Positions 51,648-63,857 of a stretch of 64,000 nucleotides of DNA are shown here, one piece after another. A program made the translations under genes and the position numbers. Numbering within the stretch: the first letter of the stretch is position 1; every line of letters begins with the position of its first letter. Below the pieces are notes generated by a model. The model saw nothing but the letters and a program-made list of their open reading frames with translations. It searched no databases and was not told where the DNA came from. Source of the DNA: Antedon mediterranea (lineage: Eukaryota; Animalia; Echinodermata); NCBI RefSeq assembly GCF_964355755.1, contig NC_092679.1:4494201-4558200 (forward strand), read 5' to 3'.

Positions 51648-51771
51648 CCAATGACAAGCGAAGTTATAGACAGTTAGCACAATCACAAGCGAATAAGCAA
51701 TCGCTTGTGATTGGTCAATTCACTTGCGTTGCATTACGTCCTTGTGTTGCGTCGCTAGTGGGAACCACGCT
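51591..51771. mobile_element. MITE family B, complete copy (about 181 bp)
   Basis: ttaa|agcttggttcccactag ... ctagtgggaaccacgct|ttaa, with about 50-bp imperfect TIRs. Confidence 0.9.
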
Positions 51772-53202
51772 TTAAGGGGACACCTTCGTGAGTCAACAAA
51801 GTGTCCTCTTAATAAGAATGTCCCCAGAGTTGACCATAGTGTTAAAACATAATATTGCCCTATGCCTCATTCATTTCACAGAAAAGTTTCATCTCAACAG
51901 CGGATGGGTTCTCTTATATTCTGTTGGTACTCATATTTCCGACATTTAAAACAGGCCAGCATATTTATTATTATAAATAATTTTTACAGCGGGTTTTATA
52001 CCATGCCAGCCAATATGGCTACTAGGCAATTATTATAATGTTAATAACATATAGGATAGATACTGGCAGTTGCCATCTAAAATGACAAATCCCAGTTAGA
52101 CAATTGTACAAAATTTATTACACAAATAATATTTCATGTAAAATAATGGTCGAATATTGTGCATAATTCTATCGAGGCAGTCATGTGTGTCGCTTACTTA
52201 GCAATCAAAATGGCTCTGTAGCAAATGCAGAATACAGTAGCCTATATTAGCATTTAAATTAGAAATATTACAATTAATGGGACCATTAGATTGATCAAAG
52301 AAAAATAGATTGATTGTAATTAGTCAGGTATTTGAAAAGTTAAATGATACATTATGTATACAAATAACCATTTAATGAGTTTAAATCTGTAAGATTAAAT
52401 TGTATGTGCATGTATTTTTCTTTTAAAATGCAAACAATTTTAAGTTAGTACATTTTCGGCAAATGCAATTTTATTATTTTCACCATTTCTCTAAACTTGC
52501 ATATGACCAAATAAAAAAATTGTTTTTTATTATATATTTATTTCAACAATATTTTACGAGAGTGGTCCATTCAGCCAAAGCTGATCATTAGGAACCTTAG
52601 AATACAGTTTGACGGTTTAACGACCCTTCTCTCATCAAACAGTGTAGCCACATGACTTGTCGGCGACTGGAATCTCACTTTTATGTTGGTACATCACAAT
52701 AGTGAATTTCCTTACAACAACAACAAAAATTCAAAATCTAGAAGACAGAAAACTAAACTAATTTTAAGATATACAATGAATATTTCTGTTTTTTTTTTTT
52801 TTTAATCTAGTGATGGAAACTAAAACAGAAAGAATCGACTTCAAGATTTAAGATTAAATTTCCTGTCGTCTTTGACTGAATGATTTTAGTAATCAATTGT
52901 GAGAAGCCAATGATGTTAAGCACGATGACAGTTATTATATTTGATTGTAATCACTTATCATTAGCGTTACGTTTGTTAGCCACATTTAGTTAAAGGGATT
53001 GGTTTAATATATGAAAATTATAATCATATCGTTTGTTTAATTGTACGCACTAAAGCCGCGGGGCACTAATAATACATGAATATTGGAAGCTGGAATGATG
53101 AAATGAATTTTGTGGAAATCCAAACAAATATACTAATTATCAGGGCAAACGTAGAGTTTTAAAAACATCTGTAGAATAAAAATATACCATTGAGGTACAG
53201 CA

Positions 53203-53950
53203 ATGTAGAACTGATCCTATTAAGGTGGACACCTTTGGGATCCAACAAAATGTTCACCCCTAGTATTACTAGGGGTAAACACTTTGAATGTCTGTAGTTG
53301 GCTGTAGTGTTAAAATATATATTGCCTCTCCTCTTTGTTTTACCGGAAAATGTCACTAGGGGAGTCACCTAAATAGGGGTTGTCCGTAGTGGAAAACATG
53401 CCTCTCCTCATTGTTTTACAGGAAAATGTCACTTATTAGGGGCCGAGTCACCTAAATAGGGGTTGCCCGTAGTGGAAAACATGCCTCTCCTCCTTGTTTA
53501 CAGGAAAATGTCACTTATTAGGGGAGTCACCTGAATAGGGGTTGTCCGTAGTGGAAAACATGCCTCTCCTCATTGTTTTACAGGAAAATGTCACTTATTA
53601 GGGGAGTCACCTAAATAGGGGTGGTCCGTAGTGGAAAACATGCCTCTCCTCGTTTTATAGGAAAATGTCACTTATTAGGGGAGTCACCTAAATAGGGGTT
53701 GCCCGTAGTGGAAAACATGCCTCTCCTCCTTGTTTTACAGGAAAATGTCACTTATTAGGAGAGTCACCTAAATAGGGGTTGTCCGTAGTGGAAAACATGC
53801 CTCTCCTCGTTTTATAGGAAAATGTCACTAGGGGAGTCACCTAAATAGGGGTTGCCCGTAGTGGAAAACATGCCTCTCCTCCTTGTTTTACAGGAAAATG
53901 TCACTTATTAGGGGAGTCACCCGAATAGGGATTGGCCGTAGTGTGAAAAC
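53203..53950. repeat. tandem array, about 79-bp unit x8, amplified inside a mariner-type M1 MITE
   Basis: Unit gcctctcctccttgttttacaggaaaatgtcacttattaggggagtcacctaaataggggttgtccgtagtggaaaacat from about 53323, preceded by the M1-like start cctattaaggtggacacctttgggatcc. Confidence 0.9.
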
Positions 53951-54664
53951 ATATTATCCTTGCCACAAGAAAGGAGGGGTTCTAGGCATTATAATTTGTA
54001 GGATTTATAAAATTCTGAATTTTTTTTCAGTCATTAAGTTGAACTAATTCACTATTGTTATTTTCCCTCTAAAATACCTAGTGATATCATACTAGACAGT
54101 ATTTCAGTATTAATGCGAGTTTTATCTAACGACTGCTCTGGCTTGCATCTGTCAGATATTCCATTACAGAGAACAAATATTGCATATTTCATTACACAAT
54201 GATAACTTGTAAAATTGTTCCAACGACACACTCTCCAGTTGAAGCCATAAATTATATGCAATTGATTGCTGAATATAGCAACAGTGTTTTTAGTATTCAT
54301 CTTAAACACATTGAATACTCACATCAGTTAAGGAGAGACAAGAAAGAAAAAGAGTATTGACAGAACATGAAAACCTTCATTTTTGTCAAAACATTTAACA
54401 ATTACTCTCCATCGGATCAATTTAAATTAAATAAAGTAAAAGAAAAATACTGAAATAATGTGTGGTTGGTGAAGACGAGAACATCTATGAGTAACAATAA
54501 ATATTATTTCTTATAATTAATATAATTAATATTTATTGGTTACTCTCCTTTAAAACGGAGGAACACTCTCGTAACAAGAGGTTCGACCTATACAAAAATG
54601 TTTACAAAATAACGTCATACAGTTATTATAGTATTCAATAAATTGACACCAAAGAAGATTTATG

Positions 54665-54819
54665 TCTGAGGACCCCAATGGAAATAAGTTTTCTTTTAAA
54701 CTTTCTTGGGTTATTCCTCGGTTCATTCTATTAATATTTTTATCTTGTGCTTTTTTCTATGTTATGTTTGTCTTTGTATTTTTGAGTGAACCAAATAAAA
54801 CTGAACTGAACTGAACTGA
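54665..54819 (+). mobile_element. L2/CR1-group LINE 3' end
   Basis: ggaccccaatggaaataag (related to the 16844 family), AATAAA, (actga)n tail. Confidence 0.6.
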
Positions 54820-55567
54820 TACTCTTCTCCTTGATATACAGACGCCATAATTTCAGACCATAAGTTTACACCAAACAAGATTCAAACTGAGAAACTTCTG
54901 CTAATATGCAGGTGTCATACTTGTAGACAATGAGTAACAACACATAAATTTACACCAAACAAGATTTGAACTGGAACTCTTCTCCTTGATACATAGGTGC
55001 CATAATTTTAGACCACAAGTTAAAAAAAAACCAACAAATTTACACCAAACAAGATTCGAACTGAGAATCTTCTGTTTAATATGCAGGTGCTATACTTTCA
55101 GACCATTGGCTAAGGAAACAAGTTTTGAACTGAGAAACTTCTGAATAAGCAGGTTACATACTTTTAGACAATGAGTAACATAAAATAAATTTACTACTAA
55201 GAAGATTCGAACTGATATTTCACTACTTGATAATGCAGGTGCCATACTTTCAGACCATTGGCTAAGTATTTTCTAATCTGATTGAACAATTCTTATCACC
55301 CTCAATATTGTATTATGCAGGTGCCATACTTTCAGACCATTGCATGGCTAAGTATTTTCTAATCTGATTGAACAATTCTTTTCACCCTCAATATTGTATT
55401 ATGCAGGTGCCATACTTTCAGACCATTGCATGGCTAAGTATTTTCTAATCTGATTGAACAATTCTTTTCACCCTCAATATTGTATTATGCAGGTGCCATA
55501 CTTTCAGACCATTGGCTAAGTATTTTCTAATCTGATTGAACAATTCTTTTCACCCTCAATATTGTAT
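54820..55567. repeat. composite tandem array with core gcaggtgccatactttcagacca, 9 units of 70-90 bp
   Basis: Five diverged units (54820-55230) followed by four near-identical 82-87-bp units (55233-55567). Confidence 0.88.
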
Positions 55568-56029
55568 CAAACTTTAATTATCCACAGAAATCAAATTGAT
55601 ACACCTTCTGTTTTGAAGAATAAAATCATATTGTTAATCTCTGAGGAGATACTAAAATAAATTTCCAAGCGTGCGAGCAACTCTCTAAACCGAATATTAC
55701 TAAAATGTGTAAACCGTAAAGATGAGGAAATCTGCAGAAGTAAAACACTTGTATCGTTTTTATCTTTATTGTCATTCTAGGTAACATTTAAAAGCGAATA
55801 CTACATTAGTGTTATCTTACAATCATCAATTTACATATGCTGTATAGTCACTGTAAATACAATTTGTTGAGAAATAAAAGTGAAGAAGTATTCATTTTCA
55901 AACCTTTTTAACAATTTCAATTTGTTATTGTTAGTACACTTTTTTTTTTTTTATATGGTGGGGGGGGGGGGGAGGCGAAGGGATGGAGACACAGTAGGGG
56001 TGGAAGGTAAAACAAATTTAAGAGCAAAT

Positions 56030-56167
56030 TCTCTGTCTGCACTATCAAATTATTTTGGCAAAAAAATGTGATGTGCCCATATATGGTAATGATAATGTCA
56101 TATCACTACCGTACCATATTTGGAAATATCACTACCATATTTGGGCACAAACTAGTTTGATAGAGCT
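56030..56167. mobile_element. MITE family A copy (degenerate)
   Basis: ctctgtctgcactatcaaa...tgtgatgtgcccatatatgg...actagtttgatagagc. Confidence 0.8.
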
Positions 56168-57409
56168 TAAAACATGTAATTTGATTCAGAAAGTCTGCGT
56201 CTACTAAAAGTGTGCAAGATATCAAATGATTGTTATCATATACACCATAATGTGTCAAAAGCTGCTGATGTAATTTAATAGAAGGAATACATTATGAGGT
56301 ATACATAATAAAGCATGGGGTTTTTATCTGATATTTTAAAAATATGGACATATTTTTGGAGCAATTTCAAGTAAATTACCCTTTAAACACACAACAATCT
56401 TGCTTGCATTTTGAATGATGTTTTTTATCTGTATTTTACCATATTTTTAACCTTGTATATTTTAATCTCATTTTTGTATTTTTATGTGAATTTTTAACTT
56501 TGAACAAACAAAAACAATTTCAAACCATGTACTGTATTTTAGTGTGTTTGACTATGAATAAATAAAATATCTAAATATCTATTACATTAAAGATGGTTTG
56601 TGATATTGTGAGAAACACAATTTATATATCCCCTGTTTAACCTTTCATCTATTAATTAGTAATAAAAACAATTAGTCTTACCGAAAGCAAAACTAATGTT
56701 TAAAACGATAAACTGGATGGCAGGGTGATTGAGGGAGTTAAGTGAATTATATGCAATATAGTAGAGCAGTTAACGCCATAAAAATAGCCAAGTTGTGCAC
56801 TTTATTACCAAAGCATGAAACTTTCCACAAAGTTTCTTTGATGTATATAGATTCAAAATATCGGGGGGTGCCAAGTGTCCAACGTCCGGTATGGCGGCCA
56901 TCTTAATTTCAAAATGGCCACCATAAAAACAAAAAGTGTTCATATCTTGGCAACTATAAACAGTAGAGACTTGATTCTGGTGTTAAATTGTTCACAAACC
57001 ACATATTTCTATTTGCTCTAATGAAAAGTTTCATCCAAAAATGACCGGAAATGACGTTTCTTCCAGTTTGACCTTTGACCTCTTATCTGTATATCTCAGT
57101 AACTACTGATCATTTTCAATCGATTTTGGTGTCATTTTGTTCAGAATAAAGACATTTATATTTGTAGTAATGAAACATTTTCACATAAAATGACTGGAAA
57201 TACAATTTATAACCTTTGACATATATAATTATGTGAACATACTGTATGTGGTTAAATTGGTATAAATGCACCTAATTTTTTTACCGAAATAAATGACACA
57301 GAATTATTATTCTGAATTTTTAACTTTTGATGTGATAGGATAGGCATAAAGTATGACAGATCACTGAGCTCATCTATGCCGACATGTTTGCTAAACTGTG
57401 ATGTGTCAA

Positions 57410-57655
57410 TCGTTTTTTCGTTGCATCTAAAAAAATGTACTCCATTTTATGGTAATGGGCCTTTGCTGTAAACCTTTCATCTGAATCCTTTTCCTCGATT
57501 TTCTCTAGTCATTGATTTTTTAGCAAAATCCGAACTAAATCAATTCGTAAAAGACATCTCAATATAATTATTCAAGTAATCCTCAAATTAGTGACATGGA
57601 CCTACAATATACTGTTCTGTACAAGACCTGTTTAGGCATCCACCTGTGGACTTTC
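57410..57655 (-). pseudogene. decayed transposase fragment (Academ-like)
   Basis: Frameshifted pieces ESPQVDA* / FEDYLNNYI / RIDLV / KSMTRENRGKGFR*KVYSKGPLP* / KWSTFF-RCNE, in the order of a motif series I recall from Academ-type transposases (F.DY...RID.V..K..TR..RG.G.R..V....P.NW..FLR). Confidence 0.55.
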
Positions 57656-57721
57656 ACTTTAAAGGTCTTGGTTTCCTAATCATACAAGAAACAATGTCTA
57701 ATTTAATCAATCAAAGTAGTG

Positions 57722-59704
57722 GGTCCTGACAAAGAAGGGGGTGTAAGACCATCCACAGACAAAGAAGGGGGTGTAAGACCATCCACAGACAAAGAAGGGG
57801 TTGTAAGACCATCCACATACAAAGAAGAGGGTATAAGACCATCCACAGACAAAAAAGGAGGTGTAAGACCATCCACAGACAAAGAAGGGGGTGTAGAACC
57901 GTCCACTGACAAAGAAAGGGGTATAGGACCACTTACAGACAAAGAAGGGGTATAAGACCATTCACAGACAAAAAAGGAGGTGTAGGACCATCGGACCATC
58001 CACAGACAAAAAAGGGGATGTAAGACCACCCACAGACAAAGAAGGGTGTAAGACCATCCACACACAAAGAAGGAGGTATAAGACCATCCACAGACAACGA
58101 AAGGGGTGTAAGGCCATCTACAGACAAAGAAGGGGATGTAGGACCGTCCACAGACAAAGAAGGGGGTATAAGACCATCCACTGACAAAAAAATGGGTATA
58201 GGACCATCCACAGACAAAGAAGGGGGCGTAGGACCGTCCACAGACAAAGAAGGGGGTGCAAGACCATCCACTGACAAAGAAAGGGGTATAGGACCACTTA
58301 CAGACAAAGAAGAGGGTATAAGACCATCCCCAGACAAATAAGGGGTATAGGACCATCCACAGACAAAGAAGGGGGTGTAGGACCATCCACAGACAAAGAA
58401 GGGGAGAAGACCATCCACAGACAAAGAAGGGGATATAAGACCATCCACAGACAAAGAAATAAGACCATCCACAGACAAATTAAAGGAGTGCAAGACCATC
58501 CATACACAAAGGGGTGTATAAGACCATCCACATACAAAAAAGGGGTGTAATACCATCAACGGACAAAGAAAGGGGTGTAATACCATCAACAGACAAAGAA
58601 GGGGGTATAAGATCACCCACAGGCACAGAAGGGGCATAAAACCGTCCACAGAAAAAGAAAGGGGTGTAAGACCATCCACAGACAAAGAAGGGGGTGTAGA
58701 ACCGTCCACAGACAAAGAAGGGGGTGTAAGACCATCCACCACTGACAAAGAAAGGGGTATAGGACCACTTACAGACAAAGAAGGGGTATAAGACCATCCA
58801 CAGACAAATTAAAGAAGTGCAAGACCAGCCATACACAAAGAAAGGGGTGTATAAGACCATCCACATACAAAAAAGGGGTGTAATACCATCAACGGATAAA
58901 GAAAGGGGTGTAATACCATCAACAGACAAAGAAGGGGGTATAAGATCACCCACAGGCACAGAAGGGGGTATAAGACCGTCCACAGAAAAAGAAAGGGGTG
59001 TAAGACCATCCACAGACAAAGAAGGGGGTGTAGAACCGTCCACTGACAAAGAAAAGGGTATAGGACCACTTACAGACAAAGAAGGGGTATAAGACCATTC
59101 ACAGACAAAAAAGGAGGTGTAGGACCATCGGACCATCCACAGACAAAAAAGGGGATGTAAGACCACCCACAGACAAAGAAGGGTGTAAGACCATCCACAT
59201 ACAAAGAAGGGATTATAAGACCATCTACAGACAAAGACAGGGGTGTAAGTCCATCCACACACAAAGAAAGGGGTTTAATAACATCAACAGACAAAGAAAG
59301 GGGTGCAATACCATCAATAGACACAGAAGGGGGTATAAGACTATCCACAGACAAAGAAAGGGGTATAAGACCGTCCACAGACAAAGAAAGGGGTGTAAGA
59401 CCATCCACAGACAAAGAAGGGTGCATAAGACTATCCACAGACAAAGAAGGGGGTGTAGGACCATCCACAGAAAAAGAAGGGGTGTAGGACCATCCACAGA
59501 CAAAGAAGGGAGTGTAGGACCATCCACAGACAAAGAAGGGGTGTAAGACCATCTACAGACAAAGAAATGGGTGTAAGACCATCCACACATAAAGAAAGGG
59601 GTGTAATAATACCATCAACAGACACAGAAGCGGGTAAAGACCATCCACAGACAAAGAATGGGGTATAAGATCATCTACAGACAAAGAAGGAGGGTTAGGA
59701 CCAT
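57722..59704. repeat. minisatellite, about 30-bp unit, about 66 copies, inside the Academ-like element
   Basis: Consensus agaccatccacagacaaagaagggggtgta. Confidence 0.97.
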
Positions 59705-60926
59705 ATTAACCGAGGAAGCATACAAAAATAAGATGCAATCAAAATAGGCCTACCACTTGGAAAACAATAAATTGTAGAATAACTATGGCTTAATTGTTGA
59801 AATAGAAAGGGTTCTTTGTAAGGTCATTAATAATATATTGATATAAACACGATCATCATACTATATTCATTTGACAATCAAATACAGTCTGTCTCGAAAA
59901 GAAGCTCATACTATCACCTTTTCGATAACATGTATGTTATTTCCTCTGTCAAACTATTAAAACTTTTAGCGAATCAGAAGGTGCCAATGGCAACATCATT
60001 GAACTAATGGTACCACCAAGCACACTGTTTACCAATTTTATGTACTATATACAATTTAAGTCCATTAATCATTTAATATAATTACGCCTATCAGGTTAAA
60101 GTTCAAAATTAGGTGCACTTTAGACCAACAAAAACCACCTACAGTATATTCACATAATTAAAAATCAATAAATTAATGTCAAAGGTCATAAATTGTATTT
60201 CCGGTCATTTTATGTGAAAACGTTTCATTACTACAAATATAAATGTATTTATTCTGAACAAAATGACACCAAAATCGATTGAAAATGACCAGTAGTTACA
60301 GAGATATACAAATACGAGGTCAAAGGTCAAACTGTAAGAAATGTCATTTCCGGTCATTTTTGGACGAAACTTTTCATTAGAGCAAATAGAAATATATAGT
60401 TTGTGAACAATTTGAGACCAGAATTAAGTCTCTAATGTGTATAGTTGCCAAGATATGAACATTTTTTGTTTTTATGGTGGCCATTTTGAAATCAAGATGG
60501 CCGCCATACCGGACGTTGGACACTTGGCACCCCCCGATATTTTGAATCTATATACATCAAAGAAACTTTGTGACAAGTTTCATGCTTTGGTAATAAAATG
60601 CACAGCTCATGTCATTAACTGCTCTACTAATAAGAAGATAACTGAATTGACTGTGGATAGGTTTGTCAAAACAACATAACACTCTCCTATCCTGATAAAC
60701 CATTTAAGTGTTTTTATAAGAGCTCTGATTGATGTTGAGATAAGAGACATCAATGCTTGCCTCTAGTTGTGGTAACATGACATGTGAGGTTCCGAGAGGG
60801 AAGAAAGCACATTGCTAGGGGTGGGGTAGGTGTTGGTGTGGGTCAGGTGACTACTGTTTAACTAACAGAATAAAATCACTTCATGTAAACAAAGGAAATC
60901 TGAGAGCAATCATATACATTAAAGCA

Positions 60927-61085
60927 CAGTGAAACCTCTATTAAGGGGACACTTTAAGGACCCAATAAAGGGTCCATTTAATAGGGGGTTCATGAATAAG
61001 GGTTGGTCGTAGTGTTAAAATGCCTCTTGTCCGTTTTCTGAGAAAGATTCTTCTTTAGACGTGTTCCCTGAATAGAGGTCCTAGA
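60927..61085 (+). mobile_element. mariner-type MITE family M1 copy
   Basis: cagtgaaacctctattaaggggacac ... gtgttccctgaatagagg. Confidence 0.7.
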
Positions 61086-61209
61086 GGATGTATATATAGA
61101 AAAGCGGCAAGTGAGGGCCTCGCCATTCAAAATTTAATTTAATTTAATTTAATTTAATTAATTTAAATATCCTGAATACATTTTAAGGGAAACACAATAC
61201 AATACAGTA

Positions 61210-61279
61210 TTAGTTAAGTGAAATACTTAATAGTTAAGTGAAATACTGAATAGTTAAATGAAATACTTAATAGTTAAGA
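61210..61279. repeat. tandem repeat, 20-bp unit x3.5
   Basis: (tagttaagtgaaatacttaa)n. Confidence 0.85.
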
Positions 61280-61866
61280 AAAATATCTCACTTAAGTGTG
61301 ATTGGTGAATACAGCCATAGACAAAGTAGTTAGTATGGAGAAATGCACCATTTGGCAGCGGTCTTTGCCCAGCAGTTGGATTGGAACAAAATTCATAATA
61401 TTTTATAAAGATTTGCATTATCCAACATAGTACTGAATTTCAATATGTTCAACCAGTTTTCTATAATCGTCTATTCTATACATTAATTTACAAGATTCAA
61501 TTGCTTTCTATAAATGATCTACACAAACATTAATGTCAAAAAACGTAATAATGTTGCAATAATACATTTCATATAGAATGTATACGATTTCAAAATTAGC
61601 ATTTACATTGGTGCTATGAGCAGAAGATTGCAATATAAATGTTCATTAAATGCTCTCATGTTTGCGTAATATTGACTATAAATATGTAGACTACATTATA
61701 AATTCAACATATGAGATTCAAGCATATCATATCTAATATAAAGGAACTTTTATCGTACAAATGCAGTTTTTTTTTATAAATTACGTTTTATTTGTGATAA
61801 ATCAAACAATTTAATTTAATCAAGAATAAACTTTCTTTTCTGTTCGGTCTTTGTAATTAATTAGTC

Positions 61867-62017
61867 CAGTAGAACACATCTTTCCAGGGGACATTCTCAA
61901 AACAAGGGGAAATATATGTTTTAATAAGTGTACTATGGCCTAACCCTATTCAGGGGAACCACCCTTTAATTATTAAGGGGATACTTTGTTGCGTCCCAAG
62001 GGTTTAAAAGAGGTTCT
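61867..62017. mobile_element. mariner-type MITE family M1 copy (degenerate), abutted by a family A copy
   Basis: cagtagaac...ggggacattc...ctattcagggg...gtcccaaggg...agaggttct. Confidence 0.55.
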
Positions 62018-62147
62018 CAAACTAGTTTTGAAAAAAGAAAATGTGATGTGCGCAAATATGGTAGTGATATGCCCAAATATGGTAGTGATATGACATCATC
62101 ATGTCCATCTATGGGCACACTGCATTTCTGTTGTTGCATAAAGTTTA
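62017..62147. mobile_element. MITE family A copy lacking outer TIRs (reverse orientation)
   Basis: tcaaactagttt...aaatatggtagtgatatgcccaaatatggtagtgatatgacatcatcatgtcc...ataaagttt. Confidence 0.8.
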
Positions 62148-62651
62148 CACCTATAACGGCAAATACTAAATTGACAATGTAACCGGCAAGGTAAAATATA
62201 GCGACAAGAATGGTATATATTTGATACCTTGCAAAAGGGATAGATTTTCCATTTTCTAAAATATTCTAGTCTGAGTAAGCTTAGGGCAAATTATAATTAC
62301 GAATATGTTTAACGAGAGGCAACAAAACAGCATTGATTATTGTGAGATGTATCTAAGGGTATTGACCCGTTCTGCAAAATACTTACATCATAGTACAAAT
62401 TATGTGTATAGATTTCTTGCATAACAGCACTGTGATCAATTATGCGTTTGCCTGTTATCAATTTAAGAAGTCTGGGTTGGATTCTTAGACTAATCAAGTT
62501 TAGTTTTCTTCTCATTCATTCACTTATTCAGACAGAACAATAAGAAATTCAAACAATAAAATAGAAAAAAACGATGTAGCAATATTCCTCTGTAAATATT
62601 CTACATTACCCTATTTTTTTTATTCACTGTATAAAGCTCTGTATAAAGCTC

Positions 62652-62814
62652 AGCTCTGTATACACTATCAAACTAGTTTGACAAAAAAACAGTGTTATTT
62701 ACTCAAATATGATAGTAATATGCCCAAATATGGTAGTGATATGACATCATCATGTCCATATATGGGCACACCACATTTTGTTGTCACATAAAGTTTGATA
62801 GTGTAGACATAGCT
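62652..62814. mobile_element. MITE family A copy (reverse orientation)
   Basis: agctctgtatacactatcaaactagttt ... aaagtttgatagtgtagacatagct|ttaa. Confidence 0.88.
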
Positions 62815-63857
62815 TTAAATTTTTGTCTCATACTACTGCAAAGGTAGGTTTCATTGTAATGACGCTATATTGATAAATTAGAGCATTTGAACCCAAAACC
62901 ATTGGATAGCAATGCAAGATAATGTGTACCCAGTAAATAATGCACGGAATGCTGACATTATTCTATTCACAATGTTCATTAGACGAATATTCCCAGTGGA
63001 ACGCCCACACATTTTGAAAATGAACGATTTTGATGTTTATTCGTTCATTTTATCGCCCGACTTTACTTCAACTTAACAAGCCTTACAACAGAAAGACAAA
63101 ATGGGTATAATCATGGCGTCTATGTCTATACTAGAATATTTTAAAATGCTACCTGACATAATGTTCGATATCATTATCACATAAACGTCAAAGATTTTAC
63201 CCTATCTAATATCCAAAATATGGGAGATCAAATTTGTTGACGTAAAATTTTTTAATTATAATTATAATTCCTTTTGGCTAAAAATTACAAATGAACTTTG
63301 CAATGCAGAATGATCTTTGCAATGCAGTATAAACAGAAGTTGGCCTCTACAAAAAAATAAAACAGATATTATAGAGTCAGTATCTCATGATGACAAACAA
63401 TGATCAGTCTAACTTCATGTTTATTACTTACAATATAAAATGCAAAATGCTTTATTTAGATTTGAATCTCACCCCTGAGCTAGCGCAGACGTTGTGTCCC
63501 CACCTAAAAGTGCCTCATATTTTTTGTCAGTAATTTAAAAGTACTGATCACTATAATGTTCATATTAGGTTAGGGTACATTTCGTTTGTATTCTCATTAA
63601 AGTAAAAATCTATTTTTATCAAATTACTAAACCTTCAATATTAAACCTCATGCATGAGATACGATCTGGCGTTGATTATTGCTACCCACGTATTGTAAGT
63701 GTTATAATTTACAAGCACACAATACACACTATATTAAAACTATCACTACAGTTAGTTTGTAAGACGGATAGGATATATATAGCACTAAAAACAAAGGAGA
63801 CCAAACAATTATCAATATCGTTACCAACTTGAATAAACAAATACTTGTGGTGTAGAG

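Larger units (their letters stand above)
50492..51900 (+). mobile_element. mariner-type MITE family M1 copy split by the family B insertion and array
   Basis: Removing the insert restores ta|cagtagaactccttaaggggacacc, matching the terminus at 60927; right boundary approximate. Confidence 0.7.
56759..60629. mobile_element. Academ-like non-autonomous DNA transposon (3871 bp) with TIRs of about 520 bp
   Basis: 56759-57280 is the reverse complement of 60105-60629; termini TAGTAGAGCAG...CTGCTCTACTA; exact 3-bp TSD ATA (56756-56758, 60630-60632). TAG..CTA termini, long TIRs and a 3-4-bp TSD fit Academ. Confidence 0.8.

Noticed and set aside
50475-51686. 403-aa ORF of 19-aa repeats (ALKRLRCVYVLALRSSGNQ)
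   Set aside because: It results from a 57-bp (3n) stop-free unit derived from a MITE end; non-ATG start, intronic location, and no sign of coding constraint.
54820-55567. CRISPR-like appearance (constant core with variable linkers)
   Set aside because: The linkers are homologous to each other or identical, the context is a eukaryotic intron, and there are no cas genes.
57703-59625. Cluster of overlapping ORFs up to 281 aa (SLSVDG / FFVCGWSYTP repeats)
   Set aside because: These are translations of the 30-bp minisatellite in several frames, with frequent frameshifts.
62309-62515. Minus-strand ORF with a GTAAGT donor as the missing upstream RAD51B exon
   Set aside because: The translation has no resemblance to the expected Walker B / YLAEEFSIP region.
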